DNA of 64,000 nt from Spirochaetaceae bacterium (lineage in GTDB: Bacteria > Spirochaetota > Spirochaetia > DSM-2461), in the NCBI GenBank assembly GCA_051531975.1, contig JAOPTT010000013.1, positions 162,530 through 226,529 of the forward strand, read 5' to 3'. The notes below the pieces were generated by a model, which made no database searches, was not told the DNA's origin, and saw only the letters and a program-made list of their open reading frames with translations. Below, piece by piece: positions 10,505 to 20,474 of the stretch; position 1 is the stretch's first letter, and every line of letters begins with the position of its first letter. The translations under genes and the position numbers were made by a program.

Positions 10505-11006
10505 CGACTCTGAAGTAACAGGAAGACTTGATAAATTAGCGCAGATTCCACTTTTTAGCTCATTTGCAAAAGACCGAGAGTCATTAATTAAACTTAACGA
10601 TATATGTTCAATGAAAAGATTCGAAGAAGAGTCTATTGTTATAGCCGAAGGTTCTTCTGGTGATGATATGTTTATTGTGTTTGAAGGCATAGTTGAAATA
10701 CGTAAAAAAACTAGAAGTGGTGATGAATATACAGTAGTTCAGTTAAAAGCTGAGTATAATGTTTTTTTTGGTGAACTTGCTATTGTAAGTGATGGAGAGC
10801 GATCAGCGACGGTAATAACAAAATCGAACTGTTCGTTTCTTGTTATTACCAAAAAAGACTTTGAAGATTTTTGTGAACAACACCCAACTATCGGGCTGCA
10901 CATAACCAGAGAAATTTTGAAAACTGTATCCGCTCGTCTTAGAAAAACAAATGACGATATGCTAACAATTTTTGATGCCTTAGTTAATGAAATTAAGAAT
11001 TCGTAG
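10491..11006 (+). CDS. Stand-alone cyclic-nucleotide-binding domain protein
   Basis: IPLFS, EGSSGDDMFIV, FFGELAI...RSATV; no C-terminal HTH. Confidence 0.9.
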   Translation: MMKNNDSEVTGRLDKLAQIPLFSSFAKDRESLIKLNDICSMKRFEEESIVIAEGSSGDDMFIVFEGIVEIRKKTRSGDEYTVVQLKAEYNVFFGELAIVSDGERSATVITKSNCSFLVITKKDFEDFCEQHPTIGLHITREILKTVSARLRKTNDDMLTIFDALVNEIKNS

Positions 11007-11017
11007 TAATTTATGAA

Positions 11018-11049
11018 TTCTAGGTGTATGAATTTTTATACACCTAGAA
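11018..11049. terminator. Hairpin after the channel/cNMP operon
   Basis: Perfect 12-bp inverted repeat TTCTAGGTGTAT / ATACACCTAGAA; no clear U-tract. Confidence 0.55.
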
Positions 11050-11129
11050 GCTAAATGTTATTGTTTAAGCAATTTATCTTGGCTCTTATTACTTTTTTAA
11101 GTTGGCATAATAATTGCAATAATATTGTT

Positions 11130-11729
11130 ATGAATAAAGATATAAAACTAATTAAAAAAAATTATACCCCAATTCAAAAAGAGCTTGTTAGAAAAACCAT
11201 TCATATGACAATTGCATTTATTCCACTTTTTATAAATGTAAATAGAGTACTCACAATAATACTATTGATCATGGGTTCTGCATTATACCTATTAAGTGAA
11301 TATTATAGAGCAAGTGGTAGAGTTGGTTTTAGATTTATTAGTACTATTTCAGCAATTGCTTCTAGAGATAGGGATAGAGGATTAACCTTAGGGCCTGTAA
11401 CACTAGCAATGGGAACATTATTAGTGTTATTAACATTTAACCCTGTAGCTGCGACTTGTGGTATATATGCTTTAGCTTTTGGTGATGGATTGTCTAGTGT
11501 CACTGGTAAACTTTGGGGAACAAAAAAAATTCCTCTTACAGGTGGTAAATCTTTTGTAGGATTCTTTACCTGCTTCACAATGATATTATCAACTACTTAT
11601 GGTGTTACAGGATCATTATCAAAATCTATTTTTGCAGCAATAGGTGGTTCTCTGATTGAATTAGTACCAATAAAAGATGTTGATAATTTATTGATCCCAT
11701 TTGTTGTAGCTTTAATTGTTACTATTTAA
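11130..11729 (+). CDS. SEC59/DGK1/VTE5 (dolichol/phytol kinase-like) membrane protein
   Basis: ELVRKTIH, LAFGDGLSSVTGK, KSFVG, DNLLIP. Start placed at ATG 11130 (the ORF track begins at 11055). Confidence 0.8.
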   Translation: MNKDIKLIKKNYTPIQKELVRKTIHMTIAFIPLFINVNRVLTIILLIMGSALYLLSEYYRASGRVGFRFISTISAIASRDRDRGLTLGPVTLAMGTLLVLLTFNPVAATCGIYALAFGDGLSSVTGKLWGTKKIPLTGGKSFVGFFTCFTMILSTTYGVTGSLSKSIFAAIGGSLIELVPIKDVDNLLIPFVVALIVTI

Positions 11730-12476
11730 CTAACTCCAGAGTGTTATCGTGTGTATACTTTTTAAATAAACAATAGATCCAAATATTAATAACAAACACA
11801 TTATAATCCCAGTTAAAATATTAAGTGAAATAAATGAGAGTATTAGAGATAGAGTTAAAACTGTTGAAGATATTCCTATATAAATATATTCTCTGTTTTT
11901 TGCATCAAAGGCATTTTTAAAAAACGTAGCGGTTGTAATTACAGACACTGTGAGGGTTAAGATAAATTCTTCTTTATTATAAATAATTTTTGGCAACATA
12001 TTTTGTTGTATAGTCCCAGTATTAAAATGAATAAATAGAGACAATATTAAAGAAACAAGAAGTGAAATTAATAACCAACTGCCTATCTTTTGTTTTTTAA
12101 AGCTAAAAGAGAATAGGGAGGCACCTAAAAGAGACAGTAGTGCAAAATATTTAAAGAATATACAAGTCCTTGCAATTATTAACATGACCATAAACGTCTC
12201 AGATCTAAATATAGGTTCAATTATTCTAATGCTTTGTATTGATAGGGATGATAAGAAAACAACAAAAAATATAATTTCTGAAGTTAAACTCTTTTTATAA
12301 AATACCTGAATAATTATAGATAATACTAATACTATTAAAGTAATAATTAATATTACTAATTGCTGGGCATTCCATAACACTGGATATATACATATGAGAG
12401 TACTTAAAAGAACTAAAACCATGGAATTTATTGCAGTTCCAAAGTTAAGAATTGTATTTTTTGTTTTTAATGTCAT
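11730..12476 (-). CDS. Hypothetical polytopic membrane protein
   Basis: 248-aa ORF with about 7 hydrophobic segments. Confidence 0.7.
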   Translation of the reverse strand: MTLKTKNTILNFGTAINSMVLVLLSTLICIYPVLWNAQQLVILIITLIVLVLSIIIQVFYKKSLTSEIIFFVVFLSSLSIQSIRIIEPIFRSETFMVMLIIARTCIFFKYFALLSLLGASLFSFSFKKQKIGSWLLISLLVSLILSLFIHFNTGTIQQNMLPKIIYNKEEFILTLTVSVITTATFFKNAFDAKNREYIYIGISSTVLTLSLILSFISLNILTGIIMCLLLIFGSIVYLKSIHTITLWS

Positions 12477-12572
12477 AACTAATTAAACAATATATCATAA
12501 TAAACGTCAAAAAGTTAAAAAATAATTTATTAAATTTACTGTTTTGTTCGATATTCTCTATAAGGAGTTATT

Positions 12573-13259
12573 ATGAAAAAACTTTCTATTTTTCTATTTT
12601 TAATATTATTCACATCTTTTGTTTATGCAGGTGATGTTTCAAATTTTGTTAACTTAGGTTTTTCTTCTGATGGGAAATATTTCTTATTTGGAGAGTATGG
12701 AATAATTACAGATGTACAAAAAGCATATGCAAACATGTGGTTAGTGGACGTTAAAAAGAATTCTTTTGTAAATGGTGGCACATTTTCAGGAGAATATAAG
12801 ACCGTTATTGAGCCAGGAGAGTCATCTATAGGTGGTTTATTAAAATTACTCAACAAAGGTTCAAAAAAGGTTGATATGTATAAAATTGATCATCTAGAGC
12901 AAGGTCGTCCTTTATATGTAAGAATAAATGATGATGATAATGTAGACATTTTAAATTTTAGAGATTTTATGACTGGCTTAAAGTATAAGTTAGTACTTAA
13001 TAAAAAAAGTAGAGAATCAGGTGATACAAACTACTCTTCTTTTGGTATAGATCTTGAAACAACTGATCAAAATGGAAAAGTTTCAACTTATAAGTTAGGA
13101 AATCCCAGTTTTGAAAGAAAGAATGTTATAGATTATAAAATAGAAAGGATTTTAAATAGTTCAACAGGTAATAATATTGTCGTTGTGATTTCAAAATATA
13201 TAAAGAATTCAGATAGTATTAATATTCGTTATATGGTTGAAACTATTAGCTTAAAGTAG
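12573..13259 (+). CDS. DUF2259 family secreted protein
   Basis: Signal peptide then AGDVSNFVNLGFSSDGKYFLFGEYG; C-terminal IRYMVET. Confidence 0.8.
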   Translation: MKKLSIFLFLILFTSFVYAGDVSNFVNLGFSSDGKYFLFGEYGIITDVQKAYANMWLVDVKKNSFVNGGTFSGEYKTVIEPGESSIGGLLKLLNKGSKKVDMYKIDHLEQGRPLYVRINDDDNVDILNFRDFMTGLKYKLVLNKKSRESGDTNYSSFGIDLETTDQNGKVSTYKLGNPSFERKNVIDYKIERILNSSTGNNIVVVISKYIKNSDSINIRYMVETISLK

Positions 13260-13281
13260 ATTATCACCTTATTATATATAT

Positions 13282-13881
13282 ATGAGATACTTTTTAATTA
13301 TAATTTATATTTTTATATCACTTCATATATGCTTCTCTTTAGATTTAGGAGGAGCTTTTTCTATCGATTATTATAATAATCCAATTGAAGATAGTGCGCC
13401 TTCTCCAATTCAGGTAAGACCCATATTATTCTATAATCTTGATATCAGTATTTTTAATCTAAGAACTGGTTTAGGTATTGTTGAGGGAAACTATGAGGTT
13501 AGCTCCGACGATTTACCCGTTTTTAATGATATGTATAGTGGTTTTTATACTCTGGAATTTGATATCTTTGCTTACCCAGGCATTTCTTTTAATATTACAG
13601 AGTCCATTTCACTAGGTATTGCTGCAGGTGGAGGAGTTAGACTCCCATTGCTTACAAAAGTTGATGACGATTTAGATGATGATGTAAATACTGATGATGC
13701 CTTTGATTGGTTCTATTCAGATCTAAATTTCTTGTTTTGGGGTGTTCAGTTATATACTAAAATTAAGCTACCTTTAAGTGAAACTACAAGATTTTTTGGA
13801 GCAATTTATTATAAAGATTTTATTACTAGAGATGATCAATGGATAATAGGTGCCACAACTGGAATGTTGTGGCAATTTTGA
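13282..13881 (+). CDS. Putative small outer-membrane beta-barrel protein
   Basis: Signal peptide, amphipathic Gly/aromatic strands, C-terminal Phe (GMLWQF). Confidence 0.5.
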   Translation: MRYFLIIIYIFISLHICFSLDLGGAFSIDYYNNPIEDSAPSPIQVRPILFYNLDISIFNLRTGLGIVEGNYEVSSDDLPVFNDMYSGFYTLEFDIFAYPGISFNITESISLGIAAGGGVRLPLLTKVDDDLDDDVNTDDAFDWFYSDLNFLFWGVQLYTKIKLPLSETTRFFGAIYYKDFITRDDQWIIGATTGMLWQF

Positions 13882-13883
13882 TA

Positions 13884-15119
13884 TTATATACTGTTTTTAC
13901 CCTGTAATTTTTTATCAGGATCTAACATTACGTTAATTAGTATAATTGTCGCAGAATTAATAATAGTTGATACTGCAGCTAGAACTGGGAAAACCGGTGA
14001 AAGTATAATATAACTATCTTCTATATTTCCATAAGCATATAGAGAGCACAATAGATACAGTGAGGCCACACTTGATCCTACAGCTTTTGTAGGTAGACAA
14101 AATGATATCAAAAATGAAAATATACTAACCCATAAAACTTGGGATGCTGTAATCTCAAGACTTGAATATGATTTTAAAATAACGATGAATGTAATAACTG
14201 AAACTAAAGCAGTACCACTTTTAGAAAATAGTGAAAGAAAAGGAATATTGAAACCTGACACTTCTCTTTTTATCTTAAAATTTAGTTTTTGGGATGCAAT
14301 TAAAGTTGTTGATGTAAAGAAATAATCTCCAGTGATAACAGCAACAATTAATGTTGGCATTTGTGACAAAATATATTTAAATGAATTTCTTTTACCACAT
14401 GTATAATAAAATATTATTGGATAAACAATAAATACAATAAAAACAGTTAATGAAATTAGGGTTATAATTAATGGTAAAAATATAACAATATTAAAAATAT
14501 CTCTAATAAGATTAATATAAGTCGCTGTTAGGATCGTAACCCATATAAAAGATATCTTCAAAAAGTATTCGTTGATTTTAAAGAATATTCTTGATAATGA
14601 GTCTACTAGATTAAAAGTAGGTTCAACCTCTTCCCTACTACTTTTAGTTAGAAAAAAACCTAATACTAAAGCCAAGATAAAGAAAGGTACAAATTGGTTT
14701 TCCACAGAAGTAAATTCCCCAACAAAAACAGAGAATATATTACTTGGAAATGATTGTTCAATCAATTGTTTGAAACTTGGAACATTTATTTCGTAGATAC
14801 CGTCAATAACAACTGGTATCGGACCTGAAGGGAATAAGAATGATACTAATATCCCGATAATTACTAATAAAAGTGAAAATGCAGCAACTAAACCTATTGC
14901 TTTAGCTGTTGTAACTGCTAATTGTCTGTTTCTTTGTAATTGACACACAGATACTATAAGTGAAAAGAATAATAATGGAAGAACAATATAACGTCCCATT
15001 GATAATATCGTTGTTGATATTTGTGTAATTGTAGTCAATATCAGACTGTTTACTGGTAGTAAAAGAGCTATTAGTGCCCCCACAATTAGACCTGCTAATA
15101 CTTGCAGTAATGTTTTCAT
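13884..15119 (-). CDS. Dicarboxylate/amino acid:cation symporter (DAACS), divergent
   Basis: IVLPLLFFSLIVSV, FPSNIF, FSKSGTAL resemble DAACS motifs. Confidence 0.75.
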   Translation of the reverse strand: MKTLLQVLAGLIVGALIALLLPVNSLILTTITQISTTILSMGRYIVLPLLFFSLIVSVCQLQRNRQLAVTTAKAIGLVAAFSLLLVIIGILVSFLFPSGPIPVVIDGIYEINVPSFKQLIEQSFPSNIFSVFVGEFTSVENQFVPFFILALVLGFFLTKSSREEVEPTFNLVDSLSRIFFKINEYFLKISFIWVTILTATYINLIRDIFNIVIFLPLIITLISLTVFIVFIVYPIIFYYTCGKRNSFKYILSQMPTLIVAVITGDYFFTSTTLIASQKLNFKIKREVSGFNIPFLSLFSKSGTALVSVITFIVILKSYSSLEITASQVLWVSIFSFLISFCLPTKAVGSSVASLYLLCSLYAYGNIEDSYIILSPVFPVLAAVSTIINSATIILINVMLDPDKKLQGKNSI

Positions 15120-15198
15120 TAAATTCTCCTTTTAAAAACATAGATTATCATATTATTTTTTTATTTGATATAGTATATTTTTACTATAAGGGGTCGAT

Positions 15199-16839
15199 AT
15201 GAAAATTGCAGCAGGACAGATAAACTCTAAAATTGGAGACTTTAAAAACAACGCTTTAAAAATATTACAAGAGTCTAATAGAGCTCTAGAATCAGGTGCG
15301 ACCCTTGTTGTTTTTCCTGAAATGGCAATCTCTGGATATCCACCTATGGATTTAGTAAATTATGATTCCTTTGTTAATAAGAACCTAGGCGCACTGAAAT
15401 GGCTAATTACACACTTAGCTAAAGATATTGCTGTATGTGTAGGTTATGTTGACTTCAATAAAAAAAGCCAAGGTAAAAGATTAGTAAACCGAATCTCAGT
15501 TATTCTGAATAATGAAATAATATATACACAGGATAAAACCTTATTACCAACATATGATGTTTTTGATGAGGCAAGGTATTTTGAACCAGGTCAAAAGCGT
15601 TCCTTTTTTATGTTAAATGGTCTAAAAATTGGTGTTGCTATCTGCGAAGATATCTGGTGGAATCATGGGGAATTTAGCGATAAAGAGTATCCTGAGAATC
15701 CAGTAGACGATATTTTATCACATAATCCAGATGTCGTGATTATTCCTTCAGCATCCCCATTTTATTCAGGGAAAACAGCTACAAGGTTAGATATTGTGCA
15801 ATCAATATGTAAAAAAGGAAATTGCCCAAGTTTATATGTAAATATGGTTGGTGCAAATGATAACCTTATTTTTGATGGGAATTCTTTTGGCGTAAATAAG
15901 AGTGGGGATGTTATTGGTGTTGGAACTGGGTTTGAAGAGGATCTGCTATTAATAGATGTTTTTTCAGATAATAAAGTTTCTGAGCCACTTTATAGTAAAT
16001 ATGAAGAGATTGAATGTGCTTTAGCGTTAGGTATAAAAGAGTATATATATAAATGTGGATTATCTAAGGTTATTATTGGATCATCTGGTGGTATTGATTC
16101 TGCATTGGTTGCATGTCTTGCTGTTAAAGCTCTTGGAAAAGATAACGTAAAAACATTTGCTATGCCGTCTAGGTACTCTTCTGATGGTAGTAAATCAGAT
16201 GCAAAACAGTTAGCTATAAACTTAGGAGTTAGCTATGATGAACTAGCGATAGAGCCAGTTTTTGAATCATTTTTAAATACATTAGAACCACATTTTAAGG
16301 GTACAGAGATGAATGTCGCTGAAGAGAATCTTCAGGCAAGAATAAGAGGAACGCTTTTAATGGCTTACTCGAATAAGTTTGGCGGTATGGTTTTAACCAC
16401 AGGTAATAAATCGGAACTTGCAACAGGATATTGCACTCTCTATGGGGACATGGCAGGTGGTCTCTCAGTTATTGGGGACTTGTTTAAAACTGAAGTTTTT
16501 GAGCTATGTTATCATATTAATAAAACTGAGGAGATTATACCTCAGAATATATTGGATAAACCTCCAAGTGCCGAGTTACGTCCAGATCAGAAAGATGAAG
16601 ACTCTCTACCTCCCTATGATATTTTAGATGGTATTTTAGACCTATATGTAGTTCATAACAAATCCGCAGAAGATATTATTCTCCAGGATTATGATCGTGA
16701 AACTGTAGAGTTTGTTTTAAAGCTAACTGCAAGAGTAGAATTTAAAAGAAACCAGACTGCACCAGTTTTAAAAGTTTCTAAGAAGGCATTTGGTAATGGA
16801 AGACGAATCCCTATTGCTAGATCTCTTACTGAAGTTTAA
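15199..16839 (+). CDS. nadE: Glutamine-dependent NAD+ synthetase
   Basis: Nitrilase domain (FPEM, KTLLPTYDVFDE, ICEDIW) plus SGGIDS, ENLQARIRG, TGNKSE, PSAEL. Confidence 0.97.
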   Translation: MKIAAGQINSKIGDFKNNALKILQESNRALESGATLVVFPEMAISGYPPMDLVNYDSFVNKNLGALKWLITHLAKDIAVCVGYVDFNKKSQGKRLVNRISVILNNEIIYTQDKTLLPTYDVFDEARYFEPGQKRSFFMLNGLKIGVAICEDIWWNHGEFSDKEYPENPVDDILSHNPDVVIIPSASPFYSGKTATRLDIVQSICKKGNCPSLYVNMVGANDNLIFDGNSFGVNKSGDVIGVGTGFEEDLLLIDVFSDNKVSEPLYSKYEEIECALALGIKEYIYKCGLSKVIIGSSGGIDSALVACLAVKALGKDNVKTFAMPSRYSSDGSKSDAKQLAINLGVSYDELAIEPVFESFLNTLEPHFKGTEMNVAEENLQARIRGTLLMAYSNKFGGMVLTTGNKSELATGYCTLYGDMAGGLSVIGDLFKTEVFELCYHINKTEEIIPQNILDKPPSAELRPDQKDEDSLPPYDILDGILDLYVVHNKSAEDIILQDYDRETVEFVLKLTARVEFKRNQTAPVLKVSKKAFGNGRRIPIARSLTEV

Positions 16840-16882
16840 AAGTCGAAGTCATCTTTTATATTAATAGATGACTTAAACTTTT
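16838..16882. terminator. Probable bidirectional terminator between convergent nadE and phnA-like gene
   Basis: AAGTCATCT / AGATGACTT inverted repeat flanked by A/T runs. Confidence 0.6.
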
Positions 16883-16891
16883 CTAATTTAC

Positions 16892-17467
16892 TTATTTAGA
16901 TTTTTTAACAAACTTTGTAAGGATTACAATTTTTTGGCCATTCACTCGGCCTTCAATATGTTCTGCATTATACGGATCTAGAGATATTCTTCTTACAGCA
17001 GTTCCTCTTTTCGCAATAAAACTGACACCCTTAACATCTAAATCTTTTATTAGTGTTACAGTATCTCCTGGTTGTAATAGAACTCCATTACAATCCATAT
17101 GTTTAAGTTCACTCTCAGAGCTTTCTTCAGATAAACCAGATTCTGCCCAAGTTAATATATCATCTTCTAGGTACATCATATCTAACAGGTCTTTTGCCCA
17201 ACCCTCATTTTCTAGAGCTTTTAACATTCGCCATGAAACTACCTGAACTGAAGATACAGGGCTCCACATTGAGTCGTTTAAACAACGCCAATGGTTAATA
17301 TCTATACTATTAGAGTCTGTTAATTGTAAGTTACAAGTTTCGCAAGTAACTATTATATTATCTATCGATGTATCGTCTTTTGGAGTAACAATAAAACGTT
17401 TTAACTCTTTTTCACTTCCACATAACTCACACTTTGATTCACTTCTAATTAATAATTCCTGTTCCAT
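16892..17467 (-). CDS. PhnA-domain protein (long form with N-terminal Cys motifs)
   Basis: CELC and CETC; C-terminal GDTVTLIKDLDVKG...KRGT...ILTKFVKK. Confidence 0.85.
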   Translation of the reverse strand: MEQELLIRSESKCELCGSEKELKRFIVTPKDDTSIDNIIVTCETCNLQLTDSNSIDINHWRCLNDSMWSPVSSVQVVSWRMLKALENEGWAKDLLDMMYLEDDILTWAESGLSEESSESELKHMDCNGVLLQPGDTVTLIKDLDVKGVSFIAKRGTAVRRISLDPYNAEHIEGRVNGQKIVILTKFVKKSK

Positions 17468-17669
17468 TTACCTATCCTAAAGTTTGATAATGGAATTTAA
17501 CATATTAAAATGATGTATACATCTGTTAATTTACTTAATTGAAATAAAAAAAAGTACTTTCTTAATCTTTTTTATGGATATAGCCTATAAAAACAATAAT
17601 AATAAATTTAGGAGTAAGCCGTGTTATGTAATCAAAGAAGATGTATGTTTTATTTAACAAAGACTCGGT

Positions 17670-20474
17670 TTGATAAATATGAAAATATCTGAAGATTTAC
17701 TCTATATAAGAAAAGGTGAAGGTTCTCTTGTATTTCGCTTTTTCCTACAATATTTTCTTATTGGAATTCCCCGGCTTTTTACTTTTACAGGGGCAGGAGC
17801 ACTATTCCTGCAATATTTTAAATCTGATTATCTTCCAATAGTTCAAATGGCTACTGCTCTAATTCTTCCTTTTATAGGTATATTACTTTTTTTGTTTCAA
17901 AAAAGAGGGCAAACAAAACGTCTCTTTTCTATAATGTATTTCCTTCTAATAGTTGCATTAGTTATATTTAGAATAATCTTTCATTATAACAAGGAAAGTC
18001 CATACCCATATGCTTTTTTATTAATATGGGCAAATGTTGAATATGCAATAACAGAAATTATTTTTTGGATAAGTGCAAATCGTATGTTTAATATCCGCCA
18101 GGCAAAAAGACTGTTTGGGGTTATTGCTGCCGGGGAAGTTCTTTCTATTATTATTATGGGTTCACTTCTCTCTCAGATAGTTAAATTCATAAGTCCACAA
18201 AATTTAATTTTATTGTCTGCATTAAGTCTATTTTTTGCATTGTTAAATCATCAAAAGATACACTTTCCAAAACCAATAATAGAGACTCCTAAACGATTTA
18301 TCAAAAAGACAGAATATCCCAAATACTATATTTTATTACTGTTTTTAATTGTGTTATTGGAAAATAATACACATATTATTGGTGAAAACATCTTTTTTAG
18401 AGCTATAGAGGAGAAGTTTGTAAGTACTACATCGATTATAGTTTTTATGGGTGCGTTTATGGCAGTATTAAATATTTTGAAGTTTATATTCCAACTGTTT
18501 TTAACAAATCGTTTTAATGAAAAATTTGGAGTTCTTGGTGCACTGTTAAGTCCTATTCTATTTTTGATTCCAGTTTCAATTGGAATTGCCATTTTTTCAC
18601 TTAATGCACAATATATCCAGGTCGTTATTCTTTTTGCACTGTTATTACGTATTTTTATATCTCTAAGTATTGGTTCATTTTATGGCCCTGTATTTTTTAC
18701 TCTTTTTCAACCATTAAGGGATAATATCCGGGAGAAAATCCAAAATATAGCTGATTCTGTTATAGGGCAAGGTGCAGGTTTTTTAGGAGGAGGCGCAATA
18801 CTTTTTCTAGGTAGCATTATAGGCATATCATTTCTAAATTTATCTGTTATTTTAATATTAAATCTATGTTTGTGGTTATTTGTAATCATTATTATATTTA
18901 AGGAATTTAATAAACAGCTGGTCTTTCATGTTCTCCCTGTTTATAAGTCGAAAAACAGGATTATTGACTCAAAAACTAATATAGAAACAGATGAATTATT
19001 AAGAGAGAAAGAACAAGACATAGAAATATGGATTAATTCTTATATATTGGGAGATGTTGAAAATAATCTTAGAAATCTACTTCAATTATCAGATTTAAAA
19101 AAGAAAACCCTAGACATATTAGGGCAATATCTTACTAATGAAATATTATTATGTAATACGTTTGATTTTATATTATCTAAACTTATTCAAAGACCTGAAA
19201 CCTTTCTTATAGATAATCTTAGAGATGAAAAGGTTATTTCACAAAGAAGGATTTTACTCGTAGTATCAATATTAGAGAAAAATGTAAGAATATTTGATAT
19301 TAACAGGCAATTGAATTCTGAAAATAGTAAAACAGCATCATTTGCTATAGAGCTTATTGAACAATGGATCACTGGTAAATATAAAAGAAAAATAATTGAG
19401 ATTGTAGAACCACCATATCAAGGCTTTCAGAATAAACAGCTAATTAAGTTTTTAAGAAGCTGTGAAAATAGGGATGACTTCTCTCATTTATTGTCTTATT
19501 TTTCAAGTTTTTACAAAAGTGATGCTGGTAAATGGATGTTATATTGTTTTAAGAACTATTTAATTGACGATAAAGATAAGTTACCATGGGATTTTGAGAA
19601 AACAAAAATACTAAAAAAGAATGAAGTTTTTGGTAAAAGTTCCTGTTTTGATCTTTCAAAAGCAGCAGACTATTTTAATGAAGAGTCCTATGTTGCAAAA
19701 GAATTAATCATCAAAAAAGGCGAAATTGGTGATACTATGTATATCATCATAGAGGGGACTGTTAAAGTTTTTGTTGGGAATATTGAATATGCATTATTGG
19801 CAGAAGGAAGCTTTTTTGGAGAAGGTTCCGCTCTAAGTCCAGAACCTAGATCCGCAAGTATAAGTGCGGTAAGTGATGTAAAACTACTTTCAATTAACAA
19901 AAAATATCTATATTCATTATTAGAAGATTATCCACAGATCTTGTTATCTTTAATGCTTGTTTTATGTAGTTGGATTCGTACAAATGTTAAAAAGATAGAC
20001 TTTAAGGAAGTTGTTAAGGTCAATGATTATAATATTAGTTATTCTGAATATTCACCTTCGGTTTTACTTTCTAAGATGAGATCTATCCCTGAATTAAAAA
20101 ATATTAAAGATGATTTATTTAAAAGCTTAATATATAATAGTAGCATTCTTAATATTAAATCAGGTCAAAGATTGTACAATAGAGGTGATTCTGAGCAAAC
20201 TCCCTTTTTTTTAATTGAAGGTGAAATGAAATTTTTTTTAAACACTGAACTTGAAGCAAGATTACAAACAAATGGTTTTTTTGGATTATTATCCACAATA
20301 GATAATGGTGAATATATAGAACATGCTGAGGCAGTTAAAGATTGTACTATTTTAGTAATTAAGCCGGAGATCTTTGGTTTTCATCTTTCTAGTAATTATT
20401 ATTTTGGGCGTTATTGTCTCACTAAAGTTATGAATAAATTACGATTCATTAATACAATCATAAGGAATAAGTGA
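17670..20474 (+). CDS. NTT/TLC-like MFS-fold membrane protein fused to helical linker and two cNMP-binding domains
   Basis: IRKGEG, GALFLQYF..DYLP, FWISANRMFNIRQAKRLFGVI (NTT-HEAT-type signature). cNMP-1 KGEIGDTMY..FFGEG..RSAS; cNMP-2 degenerate. ATG at 17679 is the likely start. Confidence 0.8.
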   Translation: MINMKISEDLLYIRKGEGSLVFRFFLQYFLIGIPRLFTFTGAGALFLQYFKSDYLPIVQMATALILPFIGILLFLFQKRGQTKRLFSIMYFLLIVALVIFRIIFHYNKESPYPYAFLLIWANVEYAITEIIFWISANRMFNIRQAKRLFGVIAAGEVLSIIIMGSLLSQIVKFISPQNLILLSALSLFFALLNHQKIHFPKPIIETPKRFIKKTEYPKYYILLLFLIVLLENNTHIIGENIFFRAIEEKFVSTTSIIVFMGAFMAVLNILKFIFQLFLTNRFNEKFGVLGALLSPILFLIPVSIGIAIFSLNAQYIQVVILFALLLRIFISLSIGSFYGPVFFTLFQPLRDNIREKIQNIADSVIGQGAGFLGGGAILFLGSIIGISFLNLSVILILNLCLWLFVIIIIFKEFNKQLVFHVLPVYKSKNRIIDSKTNIETDELLREKEQDIEIWINSYILGDVENNLRNLLQLSDLKKKTLDILGQYLTNEILLCNTFDFILSKLIQRPETFLIDNLRDEKVISQRRILLVVSILEKNVRIFDINRQLNSENSKTASFAIELIEQWITGKYKRKIIEIVEPPYQGFQNKQLIKFLRSCENRDDFSHLLSYFSSFYKSDAGKWMLYCFKNYLIDDKDKLPWDFEKTKILKKNEVFGKSSCFDLSKAADYFNEESYVAKELIIKKGEIGDTMYIIIEGTVKVFVGNIEYALLAEGSFFGEGSALSPEPRSASISAVSDVKLLSINKKYLYSLLEDYPQILLSLMLVLCSWIRTNVKKIDFKEVVKVNDYNISYSEYSPSVLLSKMRSIPELKNIKDDLFKSLIYNSSILNIKSGQRLYNRGDSEQTPFFLIEGEMKFFLNTELEARLQTNGFFGLLSTIDNGEYIEHAEAVKDCTILVIKPEIFGFHLSSNYYFGRYCLTKVMNKLRFINTIIRNK

